From the NCBI GenBank assembly GCA_002269645.1, contig NIVC01002702.1:62001-126000 (forward strand): DNA of 64,000 nucleotides, written 5' to 3'. Below are positions 29,184 through 41,084 of the stretch, in pieces. A program made the position numbers and the translations under genes. Source of the DNA: Macrostomum lignano. Its lineage: Eukaryota. The notes below the pieces were generated by a model, which did no database searches, was not told the DNA's origin, and worked only from the letters and a program-made list of their open reading frames with translations. Each line of letters opens with the position of its first letter. Within the stretch, counting starts at the first letter, position 1.

Positions 29184-31654
29184 TCCGTTTCAATTGCAGA
29201 CTAGGCCCTAACAAAATTAGACAGTTGCTTCCATGTTTATCTTACTCCCTGTTACCCCTTATTATCTATTCTGTCACTTACTAAGCTTAAAGTGACTTAA
29301 AAGATATTATTTTAAAAAAAAAATAATTTAACGTGCGAAACTACAGGATAGCCATTTTTTGCATAGCCAGGTTCAGGCTTGAGTGATGTGATCCGTGCTA
29401 ATTTTTTTAGTAGTAGGCCTAGTAGTAGTAAATTTGGCTCAGGCTTAAGGAGCCTGTTATGCCAGTATGATCCGATTTATTTAGTATTTATTCAAAGGGT
29501 TAAAATTTACACGATCGCTGAAAACGAGTACTACACGATATTGTATTAAGTAAGGTATTTGAAAGGGCATCAAGAATTTTTAAGGGAAAAATAGAAAATC
29601 GATGTTGTATATATATGACCTTCATGCAAAACGATTCTTCTAAAATGCGATTCAGAAAAGGTAGTTAAATATTATTTTGTCAATATAACAAATATCTAGT
29701 ATAACTAAGGATTGTTCTCAATAATAGGCGATTTATGTAAAAGATATAGTATTTTTGAAAGCGCGTGATATTTCAAAGCGTGAAAAACGAGCATAAACAC
29801 ACTTCGAACGAACTTAACGTCTAACGATTAACGACGAATTAAATAGGAAATTAAAAAAGACAGTAAATGAATAAACAACTTGCTGATCAAGCGCGCTGTT
29901 TGAAATCGTGCAGGTTTCTGTGAAGTAGTTACAGGCAATTTTAACAAATTGCCGTTGATACTGGAGTTTTTTTCTGCTGAGTTATACAGGCTGGAGTGAA
30001 CTGGATTAACTGAGAGCTGAATGGTCTAAGATAGTGCCTAGTGCTTTATTCTTTTACACATGCCGCATGGGCTTCCATGCACTGTGGATGACTCAATTTT
30101 ATAGGTAGCAAAGACATGCATGATCGATAAGACAAGGCAGGGCCGCTAAAGAGGCAATGTCAAAGGGAAATTGCCTGAGAAAGAACGTCATACCCATGTC
30201 ATCATTTTATGGAGCATAATGCATGACCAATCTTCTACTGTACACGTCTAGAAATTTATATGGGAAGTCTGAAGTCAAGAAATTTTAAACGCGGTTTAAT
30301 ATATTGCATGAGTTGATATGAAATGTATACCAACTGTAGGATTTTATTCTTCAACATTTCTGCATGCAGTAATCTGCAGTGTTGAACGAAAAGATTTATT
30401 TAACCAAATGGTATGTCCTGCCATATGCACGTGTGCATGGAATCCCAGCTATTTTGATTAATTGGGTTGCTAGTAGTAGGATAAATGCACTAATGATCAA
30501 ACTAATATGGCGCATTAACAGTCCAAAAAACTGTTGCAATTAAGTGATCAAATTGTACATGTAGCTCTTTCGATGTCGAAAGGCCAACATTAGATGTCAC
30601 TGTAGCATGCGCAGGCAGGCAGTTCGGGCACCTAGTTTGCACTCCGTGACCCCCACCCGGCCTAATCCACTTCCCTCTGCTCGAGCACATCCCAACGCGC
30701 ACTCAATGAACCGGAAATCTGTGTTCTACCAGACAATAAATATACAGGCACAGCCACACTCTATTTCTCCACCTTTTTGAGTGGCTAACTAACACTCGCA
30801 ATAACCAGCCAGAATTGCTCGCTACAGTCACTTAGACTTAGCCAATAGATCTTGATCAGCCAAAAAGCTGAGATCCAGTCAGCAATCGCTGGCGGATTCT
30901 CACGACCTGACGTCAGGCAAAATTTCTGATACTCGAATCGTCGATAAGCTTCAACAATGGACTGGCAACGTCTGCAGCGAACTTCGTGACTTTGAGCAGA
31001 GTATCGTCTCTTTTTAATGAGCTCCGCATTGAGGTGGCTAAGCGACTTGGCTTGCTTCAATTTTACCCCTCTTTGCTGCTCGAACGGCCACCACCGCACA
31101 ACAGTGCTCTCTCAGGCTTACATGCTCGATGCGTTTCAACTGATGCTCGGCCACTTCCGCTGTCATCAGTTGGTAGAAATTTTCGCACCTGGTAATCTGC
31201 ATGCAGCATTTATGATGCAGACTTGGATTACAAATTGCTTCTACTAGTTTGCTAGCGTCTTCTAAGCGATCTGAAGGAGTGATTTGTATTACAAATTATC
31301 AATAATTTAATAAAACTGTTGCATTATATTAGCAAACGTGTTTGTTATCATCAAGGACAAAGAAGAAGTCCTTGAGAAGAAGAAGACTCGTTCAGATATT
31401 GTCTGTTTTTTAGTTCTTCTAATTAGCCTCGAAAGTATAGTAAACGGCGTGAAATGAGAATCGTTCAATCAGTATTCTGTCGATGAGTTGCATCAATAAA
31501 GGGTTATAGATTTTATTCGCAATGTTATACTATAATTTTTTATTGATATCTCATGTTTTCAACCACGCTTTTATATAAAGAACAAAAACATAAATCATGC
31601 AGTTCTAAGCCGGAGCGAATGAAATAATGTATTTTTTTGTTTTTTTAGTAATTA

Positions 31655-31760
31655 AGAGGCGTCGGTGAGTGGACAAGAGGCGTCGGTGAGTGGACAAATG
31701 GCGTCGGTGAGTGGACAAGAGGCGTCGGTGAGTGGACAAGATCAGGTTTAGTGGGCAGGA
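31655..31760. repeat. 21-bp tandem repeat, about 4 copies
   Basis: GAGGCGTCGGTGAGTGGACAA. Confidence 0.9.
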
Positions 31761-31849
31761 GGCCAATATCCACAGAAATGTCACACCGAAGCGATAAGAA
31801 GTGCTTCGATTTTATTAAATTATTCTGAAGTTTTCATTTATTTTCAAGT

Positions 31850-32158
31850 TTAGAAAAGGTGAGGTAAATCAAAAATCAAAGGTAAATAACCCAGACTCAA
31901 ATATTTACCTGTATAGAAAGCGGTTTTCGCAGCCACGTAGCAAAATGCTTCTCTAAGTTCGTTGTCGGTCAAAACTGTTAGTAGCTTGTCTACCGATATG
32001 TTTAGATAATTTCTTTTATTTGCAATTGTTGCGGACTCTCTGCAAGCAAAATTTTTTAACGATATGTTGCTCAAATAGCCAACTAGTTTATTGAGCACAG
32101 TTAGCTGACCTTGTCTAGCCGATGACCGCATAGCAATCATTGATTGAGTTGAACCCAT
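31850..32158 (-). CDS. Orphan ORF, 102 aa
   Basis: ATG start, non-repetitive protein-like composition; no family recognised. Confidence 0.35.
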   Translation of the reverse strand: MGSTQSMIAMRSSARQGQLTVLNKLVGYLSNISLKNFACRESATIANKRNYLNISVDKLLTVLTDNELREAFCYVAAKTAFYTGKYLSLGYLPLIFDLPHLF

Positions 32159-32931
32159 TGCTATATAGTACTAAAAGAAATAAATTTCAACACTGTCCAA
32201 TACTCATCTACTTTTAATATAGTACTTGGAATTCAGAGAGTTCTCAACGTACTGGATGAGCCAAATGCATGTCTAACTTCATACGTTTGCGTGTACACTC
32301 TGTATTGTTAAGGTATTGCTGTACATCCAGCTGCAGTGCACACGCATTGTTCTATACACGTACTTACCAGCTAACTTGGACAGCTTGCAACGTTTTATGC
32401 TCTTTGCTTCTCTTGCTTCTAATAGCATTCTTTTATTTAAAACATTATGAATGATCGAAGGTTACTTAAAATGCTAGTAGGTCAGTTATTCAAGAGCCAG
32501 GCAAAATATCAATTCGCTTTTTACTCTGAAATCTTTTCGTAGATATTTTCTAAGATCGTTTCTACTATAAATATTACACTAATTATCGAACTTTCGAGGA
32601 GTATAACTAGCCATTACAAGAAATCGTGGCACCAAATATGCTGCTTTAGATTTACCGTCATCTATAGCCATCCTGCCTAACAAAAAACATTTCTTCGAGA
32701 ATGTTGCAATCGAGTTATCTGCTTGAGTACCATAGACAATAGGGCACTGCTGGGGACACTCCTCGCTGTCTGCCGTGGGACTAATTGCTCGATAGAAAGA
32801 ATTTTGATACGAGCGTGAAGCTTACCTAATCGCTTGTTCGTTCAAGTTCTCGTTTCCATGCTAGCAGCAGCAGCAGATCTTCTTCATCAAACGAATCTTG
32901 GACATCACTCAGCGTATACACTGCTGTCAGA

Positions 32932-33522
32932 ATGGGCGAGGAAGACCGCGAGCAGTGCATGCACTATGTTCACAACTGGCACACTGGACAAGACGCAGTT
33001 GTGCCTTTGCACACCATGGAACGCTACATAATGACTACATTTGCCGCTAAGGTTAACTCTTTTCGCGATCCTGATAACCCCGATTTTCGACCGTTTTACC
33101 ACGACTTCATGGAGAACGAAGGCGAGGAGAGACAGTTTGCCGATGCGCACTCGTTTATGAATCGAACTCGACTATCTGTGAGACGAGTGCTCGGCTGCGG
33201 GCACTTCATCCTATGCGTTCTGTACTCAGAGTACTGCAAGCTAGAGAAGAAATTTGGCGAATCCTGGTCTTGCCTAGAGCTCTGGCAGCAATTCAAAGAG
33301 GACCTGCTATCCAAGGATCTGCTAAATCCCGACGCACCTTGCGACCCGGAGGCTGTGTACTCGTGGATGCTAAGCTTCTATTCGAATCTGTTCCAGATGA
33401 CTGTACCTACGGATCAGTGGTGGGAGTCAAGTCGAATACCGTTCACGCAGTTTTCCTTTACAGCACCGGTTGAAAAGGATGCCGACATGCGTTCCGAGGA
33501 GTTTCTAAAGAACTATCAGTGA
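32932..33522 (+). CDS. Orphan intronless ORF, 196 aa
   Basis: ATG start, complex globular-like composition, open frame in otherwise stop-rich DNA; no family recognised. Confidence 0.5.
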   Translation: MGEEDREQCMHYVHNWHTGQDAVVPLHTMERYIMTTFAAKVNSFRDPDNPDFRPFYHDFMENEGEERQFADAHSFMNRTRLSVRRVLGCGHFILCVLYSEYCKLEKKFGESWSCLELWQQFKEDLLSKDLLNPDAPCDPEAVYSWMLSFYSNLFQMTVPTDQWWESSRIPFTQFSFTAPVEKDADMRSEEFLKNYQ

Positions 33523-33653
33523 GTGATTCCTGACTTTACCAGCAATTAATGTCGCCAGTTGCAGAGACAGCAACAGAAGAAGAATAGCTTTATACAATTA
33601 GTGTTAGTCTATAGTGTATGAGACGTTGTAAACAGGAAAGCATCACCCCTGAT

Positions 33654-34402
33654 CAGGGGCGTCGCCAACGGGGGGGACAGGGGGGACATGTCCCCCCCCC
33701 AGTAAAAGATCTGGGGGGACATGCCAATGCTTTGTCCCCCCCACCCCATACCTTGTAATCCGTTATGGAAATCTATAATTTTGCTGCAGAGCGACAAAAC
33801 ATAGCGCCTGTGGCGCTAAAATGAGTGCCTGCGGCGCTAAAATGAGTGCCTGCGGCGCTAAAATGAGTGCCTGCGGCGCTAAAATGAGTGCCTGCGGCGC
33901 TAAAATGAGTGCCTGTGGCGCTAAAATGAGTGCCTGCGGCGCTAAAATGAGTGCCTGCGGCGCTAAAATGAGTGCCTGCGGCGCTAAAATGAGTGCCTGC
34001 GGCGCTAAAATGAGTGCCTGCGGCGCTAAAATGAGTGCCTGCGGCGCTAAAATGAGTGCCTGCGGCGCTAAAATGAGTGCCTGCGGCGCTAAAATGAGTG
34101 CCTGCGGCGCTAAAATGAGTGCCTGTGGCGCTAAAATGAGTGCCTGCGGCGCTAAAATGAGTGCCTGCGGCGCTAAAATGAGTGCCTGTGGCGCTAAAAT
34201 GAGTGCCTGCGGCGCCAAAATGAGTGCCTGTGGCGCTAAAATGAGTGCCTGTGGCGCTAAAATGAATGCTTGTGGCGCTAAAATGAGTGCTGACAACACC
34301 GATTCTGAAAATAATGTATATGTAGGAATTTAGTCATGTACATGTACATGCATAATTGTTGGCTTTGTCCCCCGCACCATAAAATCCATGGCGACGCGCC
34401 TG
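33654..34402. mobile_element. hAT-type MITE (749 bp) carrying an internal 21-bp minisatellite (33805-34290)
   Basis: TIR CAGGGGCGTCGCCA / TGGCGACGCGCCTG (1 mismatch); perfect 8-bp TSD CCCCTGAT at 33646-33653 and 34403-34410; internal (GCGGCGCTAAAATGAGTGCCT)n, ~23 copies. Confidence 0.92.
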
Positions 34403-34905
34403 CCCCTGATATCAATCTTAATAGCCGATAAATTAGTACCCTATTCGAGCTTTGTTATCCCAGCTGACTTAAAATGTTTCCTTGAGCTTTGCCCCCCTCC
34501 CTATTGTTCCTTACGCTTAGTATAACAGCATTCTACATTGATCTAGAGTATCTCAGCAACTCCCTATGAAGTCTTGGTACACATATAATGGTACATGGAT
34601 AAGTAAATACTGTTTATTTCGGTCGGTAGGTCGGTAGGTCGTCATAGTCTCTATATCAAAATCTGTTCGCTGCTGCTATAGGGGTCGTTCTATAAAGCTG
34701 TCGTAGCGTAAGTTCGATCGTGCGTTGGAATGAGCTACACTGCTGAGATATGAGCTAAGAACGATCTTATCTTATGATGGCTTAATAGAACGGGCCCATA
34801 ATCTAATTTACTGAGATCGGTTGGGTTTGGTACGCGCGCAGGTATGTAGGCAAGAAAAATATTGATCTGACGACTGATTTCTATCATTAAAAATACGTCT
34901 GCAGG

Positions 34906-35523
34906 GAGTTCCTCGGCTTTCACTTGCACAATATGAACGAATTCGCGCTACTGACTGGAGACCATCTTAAACAGTACTATCAGCTAATGCGCAAGGAGGG
35001 CGAACCGCCGGCTTCAAACATCACGCGCAGTCAGAGGAATTACATTCAAACAACTAGCACCACCGTTGTACAGAAGCAAACTCACGTGTCGTACAAAGAG
35101 ACGAAAGTAATCGCAGTTGCCGTTGGCGCTGGACAAACTGTGCAGTCGTTGAAGCAGATCAGCAGCGCACTGTCCGAGTGCACCAGCCGGCACAAGCACT
35201 TTGAGAAAAGGGAAGAATTTCGAAACAATGGGCGACCCCATGCTGGAAATCCAAACTCCTTCGAATGGCACCGGCTAATCATAGGCAGATCGAGCGGCAT
35301 GTGGCGTTCAGTGTCCAGCAATTTGTCAGTGAAAGTCGTCAACTCCGAATGGAAACGCGGCTGTAAAGGCTGTCCGGCATTTCAGCGTTGGGTCACCAAA
35401 AGCGGTCGCAAGCGCGAGTGCAAGTGGGTCACTATCCGGCGGACCATACTCGTTCGTCGAGTGTTTTGGCGTCGGTTGCCGCCGAGGCCCATGAGACGCA
35501 GGCTGCGAGCGAAAAAAAATTGA
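34906..35523 (+). CDS. Orphan ORF, ~200 aa, Arg-rich C-terminus; possible short upstream intron 34842-34904
   Basis: Open frame with ATG at 34933; CAG|GTATGT..TCTGCAG|G; no family recognised. Confidence 0.35.
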   Translation, partial: EFLGFHLHNMNEFALLTGDHLKQYYQLMRKEGEPPASNITRSQRNYIQTTSTTVVQKQTHVSYKETKVIAVAVGAGQTVQSLKQISSALSECTSRHKHFEKREEFRNNGRPHAGNPNSFEWHRLIIGRSSGMWRSVSSNLSVKVVNSEWKRGCKGCPAFQRWVTKSGRKRECKWVTIRRTILVRRVFWRRLPPRPMRRRLRAKKN

Positions 35524-36930
35524 AGTAGAAGTCCATGACGAATGTCGGATAAAACAGTCTCAGTGAACGAGCTTTCATGTTTAGTTTTTGATTTTGTGGA
35601 CCATTCCATTTTCCTTTTACTTTGATGCTATTAAAGAAACCTGTTTTTGGATTATAATAAATCGATTCCAATAAAAGAAAAAAGTTCTTTTCTTGTATCC
35701 ACTTGAATCGCGAGCTCATTTCGCTGATCATAAAACTCGTAGGTTCGATTTTTGAAGCTGGCTAATTTTCTCGAATTTCGTATACACGTCAAGTACGAGC
35801 TGCATGTGGGTGCATGTGGGTGGTGCATGTTATTTTTGTTATATACCCCAATTGACACCTGCATTACGCTAACATCAGCTGAGTTTTTTCAGGAATTTTC
35901 CAGCACCAACGGCGATCAATTAAAGCACACATTTGCAGGAAAATGCAAAACAAATTACGCTGTCACAATTTGTTAATAAAGGTCTGGCCACGTTAAAGCT
36001 CGAGCGCTAAAGCGGAAACACCCAACCTGTATTTGGCAGTCGAGATTATCCAACTGAGTGCATGTACAGTATGGTGTATACAATAACAATGATATATAGA
36101 AATAGTAGCACAATTACGGCTTAGTGTGTAGCACAATTCCCTTAAAAGAATATATATTGTACAGATATACACATGTCTATCTATATATACATGTACCTAT
36201 ATTAAAGTGGCTGGCAGGTTGGCGTACCTGCATGTTCCGCCATAGCTACTATACGCTGGTATTTTAAGAAATAGTGCTTGGCAAAGTACCCAAAATGTGC
36301 GACTTAAGTAGCTAGCTAAGCTACTAACTGCTAACTGCTAAATGGATAGAACTGCTAACTGCTAAATGGATAGAACTGCAAACTGCTAAATAGCTAAAAA
36401 GTGTTAAAATTGTGTGTTTGCGTGTAGCAAGGCTAGACAATGCCGTTGACACGATCATCAGCACGACGGCACAAAGAATAAAACCAGCATGTTGATAATA
36501 ATCAGTACATAGTAGCAGCATTTTAATCGGCTAGAAATGGAGCTGTAAAAACAACTAAACGACAGCATTACATAGCACGGCTAAATAATAATGAATAGCC
36601 GGCATGCAGGCACGTGAATTAAAGACAAAGCAAAACACTGCGCGACCATTTAGAGCTATGGAAATTATAACGATACACTTTCTCCATGCACAATTAACAT
36701 ATGTATCTCTAAGATATCTATATATCGATCAAGTCTATGCGTTTAGAAACAGCAGCAAAGACAAAAAGGACTAGTGAGAGTATAATAGAGTTTAATACAG
36801 TATAATAGAGTATAATAGATTATAATAGCCCCCAATTTCGAGCTACGTTGTTGGCAATAATATTATCGCTTTCTGCAATCCATTTTCCACTCGGGGTATT
36901 CAAAAGTGACATGGGCAGTCGTGTGGCTTC

Positions 36931-37243
36931 CATGGAGGAAAGAATAGAATGGAGTGCTAATCTGAGCCAGTTATTTTTATCTCGCTCGATTTTCGCTTTT
37001 AACATCCCTTTCCCCCGTTCCTTCCTATTGGCTGAAAGCATATTTTGATGCGAGCTCGTACTATTCTGGGACATACCTTTCAGAGAGGAAAGAAAACAAA
37101 AACGAGACAAAAATACTTTGTCTATGGCAGTCACGAGCCAATAGGAAAGAACGGGGGGGGGGAAAGGGATGTTAAAAGTGAAGATCGAGCGAGATAAAAA
37201 TAACTGGCTCAGATTAGCACTCCATTCTATTCTTTCCTCCATG
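36931..37243. mobile_element. Foldback MITE (313 bp) with ~100-bp TIRs and 8-bp TSD; P-element-like (hAT not excluded)
   Basis: CATGGAGGAAAGAATAGAATGGAGTGCTAATCTGAGCCAG.. is inverted at 37140-37243; TSD GTGGCTTC at 36923-36930 and 37244-37251. Confidence 0.9.
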
Positions 37244-37729
37244 GTGGCTTCGCACAAATCTCAATAGTCTATGACCTAAGAGAAGTGGCTGGAATGAGCA
37301 ATCGATTTTCCTCATGTAAAATTAAAAAAGTAAACTTAAAAAGTGTCATATCAAACATACGAGCAAAAGAAGCGTCATTTCAAAAATGAAAGAAGCGTCC
37401 ATGTCGAACATAAAAATTCAATTTTGTCAATGTTGACAAAGATGTCAATGTTGATCGGAAATTTCTGAGATGTCAAGACTGAGAGGTCAGAAGCTACGTG
37501 TAGTTCAATCAAACAAATTATTTCATTCTTTGTTGCCTACCCAACCGGGGCGCCGATTGATGGTATTACGTAATGCTACTGCGCGTTAATAAAGTAGACA
37601 TTAGCAATTAATAAAACTACTACTAGTAACTCTAAATACAAATTTGGTACAAGGTTCTCATCATCAAAGACGTGAGAGGCTACCACTTTTGAGGCAGCGC
37701 ACCGCGAATTCAGCCTCTGTCTGCAGACT

Positions 37730-38095
37730 GCATCTCATTGCGAGAGCATCTCATTGCGAGAGCATCTCATTGAGAGAGCATCTCATTGCGAGAGCATCTC
37801 ATTGAGAGAGCATCTCATTGAGAGAGCATCTCATTGCGAGAGCATCTCATTGAGAGAGCATCTCATTGCGAGAGCATCTCATTGAGAGAGCATCTCATTG
37901 CGAGAGCATCTCATTGCGAGAGCATCTCATTGCGAGAGCATCTCATTGCGAGAGCATCTCATTGCGAGAGCATCTCATTGCGAGAGAGCATCTCATTGCG
38001 AGAGCATCTCATTGCGAGAGAGCATTTCATAGCGAGAGAGCATTTCATAGCGAGAGAGCATCTCATTGTGAGAGCATCTCATTGCGAGAGAATAT
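37730..38095. repeat. 16/18-bp minisatellite
   Basis: (GCGAGAGCATCTCATT)n. Confidence 0.95.
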
Positions 38096-38723
38096 CTCAT
38101 TCACACTACTCTGTCTCTCTGCTGTTACGTGCGGCAGATCAAACGGATTTCTTTGCTGTTTAGACTCAAGCATCCTTGAGTCTTTAGTATAATAAACTCC
38201 ATTATAGTCAATCCAGCTGTGATTATTCGACCTCCCTAAGTATAAACTGCAGCAAATTATTTTAAACTGCAATAGCTGACCTGTTGCGTAAAGCGGAAAA
38301 TATAATTATCGGTTGACTAAGCGTGCAGGAATGGCTTTTATTGGCACGGTAATAGAGGTTAAAATGTTAAGAGTACATTAAGCCAGTAGCTAAACAGAAA
38401 TTTCTGAAAATATTTCAACTATCAAGGGTGATAATTTCAAACATTGACTAATTAAACTATTTTCTGCGCCATCCAACTTTTCTGCTTTAAGCTTTGAGCT
38501 CGAAAATTGGTTGAATTGGCAACTACAGTCAAAATAAAATGGCAAGCTATTGCTGCCTTTCTAAGCCCTATAATGAGATTTACGTCCACATGCCTTTAGA
38601 ATAAATAAATACTCTATAAATAATGTGTCAGCTTGTAGGCCAAATCTTCGCTCTTAAATTTCTTGCGAGATCAGTCAGAAAAGTACCAGCGATTTGATTT
38701 TTATCAACAAGAGGCAAACTAAA

Positions 38724-41084
38724 ATGGTGTCCGAAGGCTGGCTACTGCTGGCTGTGTGCCTTCTGCATGTGCTGTCTCAAGGTAAGTGGCTTCCAAGGTA
38801 AATGCCAACATAAGCATTGTATTTTTCCTCAATAAATCACACTAGTGTTCATGCAGTAACGGAACCCATCTTAACCGGAAATTTTTGGCACAAAAGACAC
38901 ATGACACCCTTTTTCGAACGAGAACAAGCCATTGAAAATCCACGATAAACGCCCGAGCTTTAGGGAAATTACAATCAACCTGTTGTTTACAATTAGGTAC
39001 AAAATCTCCAATGCAATCGAAACTGAATTTTTTGTCTATTTGAAAAAAGATAAGCCCATTATCCAAATGCCTGACTGCAATTCACCAACATTCCTACATT
39101 CCTATGCAGCGCATTCATATCGCTACATCGGTTGCTTCGTGGACAAAGAAAAACGGGATCTCCCAGTACTGGGCGGAAGCGGCCACATGTACGCGGGTAA
39201 GTGCGACCGGCTCTGCCGCAACCGGAACTACCGCTACTTCGGTCTGCAGCACTCCAAAGAGTGCTGGTGCGGCAACAGCTACGGCAAGTATGGCGCGCGT
39301 CAGTCGAGCGAGTGCCGGATGCGCTGCAGCGGCAACCGAGGCTCCTACTGCGGCTCGAGCTGGCGCAACAGCATCTATGCAACCACCAAGCCAAGGGCCT
39401 CAAGTAATTTGGCGCTGCATGATGAATTAGCCGTTCCGTTTAGTCAGCTGATAATAATATTTCCCCTAAAAATGCACACATGCTCATATGTACACAATTT
39501 CAGCGAGGCTGCCGCTGTCCAAATGTTCGCAGCACTCCGTCGATTTTAACGGTAAATGCAGTCGAGCCATCGATGGAGACACAAATCAAAACTATAGGAA
39601 GAAATCCTGCACCCACACCCGCACTGCTACCGGAGCCTGGTGGCAGGCGAGGACCAGCAGACGCGCCAGAATCACATCCGTCAGAATCTACAACAGGCAG
39701 GACTGTTGTGCGAACCGACTCAGGAACTTTGTGATCAAGGTCGACGGTCAAGTGTGCGCGTCCTACCACTCGTCGAGTGCGTTCTCTGTGAAGACGTTCA
39801 GGTGCAACGCAGTTGGTCGCACAGTCCGCATCGAGACGAGAAATCGAGTACCGCTGACTCTGTGCGAAGTGAAAGTGTACGGACGTTATGCAGAAGATAG
39901 CAGAGGTAACCTAAGAACCCTAGTTGCTCTTTATGTGAGTCAAGTAGATTGCTGTACGCATATCGTTGCCGAACTGAGTAGCAGATGTAATTCTTCGCTT
40001 GGTATCATTATTTGTCATACATTTAGACGCTAGGTAGTGAGAAAGATCTGACTAAAATTAACGTTACGTGCTTTTATTACCAATAGAAAGGCACTGTGCA
40101 CCGGCGTTAAAAGTCCAAATAATATTTCCCCCTAAAATGCACACATGCTCAAATGTACACAATTTCAGCGAGGCTGCCGTTGTCCAAATGTTCGCAGCAC
40201 TCCGTCGATTTTAACGGTAAATGCAGTCGAGCCATCGATGGAGACACAAATCAAAACTATAGGAAGAAATCCTGCACCCACACCCGCACTGCTACCGGAG
40301 CCTGGTGGCAGGCGAGGACCAGCAGACGCGCCAGAATCACATCCGTCAGAATCTACAACAGGCAGGACTGTTGTGCGAACCGACTCAGGAACTTTGTGAT
40401 CAAGGTCGACGGTCAAGTGTGCGCGTCCTACCACTCGTCGAGTGCGTTCTCTGTGAAGACGTTCAGGTGCAACGCAGTTGGTCGCACAGTCCGCATCGAG
40501 ACGAGAAATCGAGTACCGCTGACCCTGTGCGAAGTGAAAGTGTACGGACGTTATGCAGAAGTTAGCACAGGTAACCTAAGAAATCTTTGCTCTTTATATG
40601 CTTTTAAGTAGATTTTTGTAGGCATTTCGTCACTGAAATACGAGCTAAATAATTACCACCTTAAAATCCTTTTAGCAAGTTGAGTTTCTGTCGTTTTGAT
40701 ATTTTAGCCGAAGAACCGAATCTTTATAGCTTCAGTTTAGTGTATTTTTCTAGCTTATTATTACATTGTTGATAATCTAAAGCCTTTTGCATCTGATATC
40801 GCACTGTTACAGAATTTCTTGGCTGTTATCCGGACGACTCGGAGTTCCCAGACTTCATCGTCGCCAAGGTGTCTGCCCTCATGACCGTGTGGAAGTGCAA
40901 CAAAATCTGCAAGGCCAAGAAGTTTTCCTACTTCGGCGTTAAGAATGGCCAAATCTGCGGCTGCGGCAATGAGTACGGAAACAGCGGCGACACTGTCAAG
41001 GCCAACTGCAACGTGGCTTGCGGCGGCAACCCGGACGAGAAGTGCGGCGGGAGCACCAACAATAGCGTCTTTGAAGTGAAGTGA
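38724..41084 (+). CDS. Secreted lectin-like protein: signal peptide-WSC-FTP(F-type lectin)-FTP-WSC, ~475 aa. Exons 38724-38781, 39110-39403, 39504-39905, 40169-40570, 40813-41084
   Basis: Signal peptide MVSEGWLLLAVCLLHVLSQ; WSC YIGCFVD..C..C....YFGLQ...CWCGN..C...C.G...CG..W.NSIY; FTP AIDG.T..SCTHT..WWQ..V.IYNRQDCCANRL..LTLCEVKVYG (twice); second WSC in the last exon; all introns phase 1 GT-AG; total 1428 nt in frame. Confidence 0.9.

Noticed and set aside
34735-35500. Minus-strand frame with protein-like segments
   Set aside because: About six stops, whereas the overlapping plus-strand frame is open for about 200 codons
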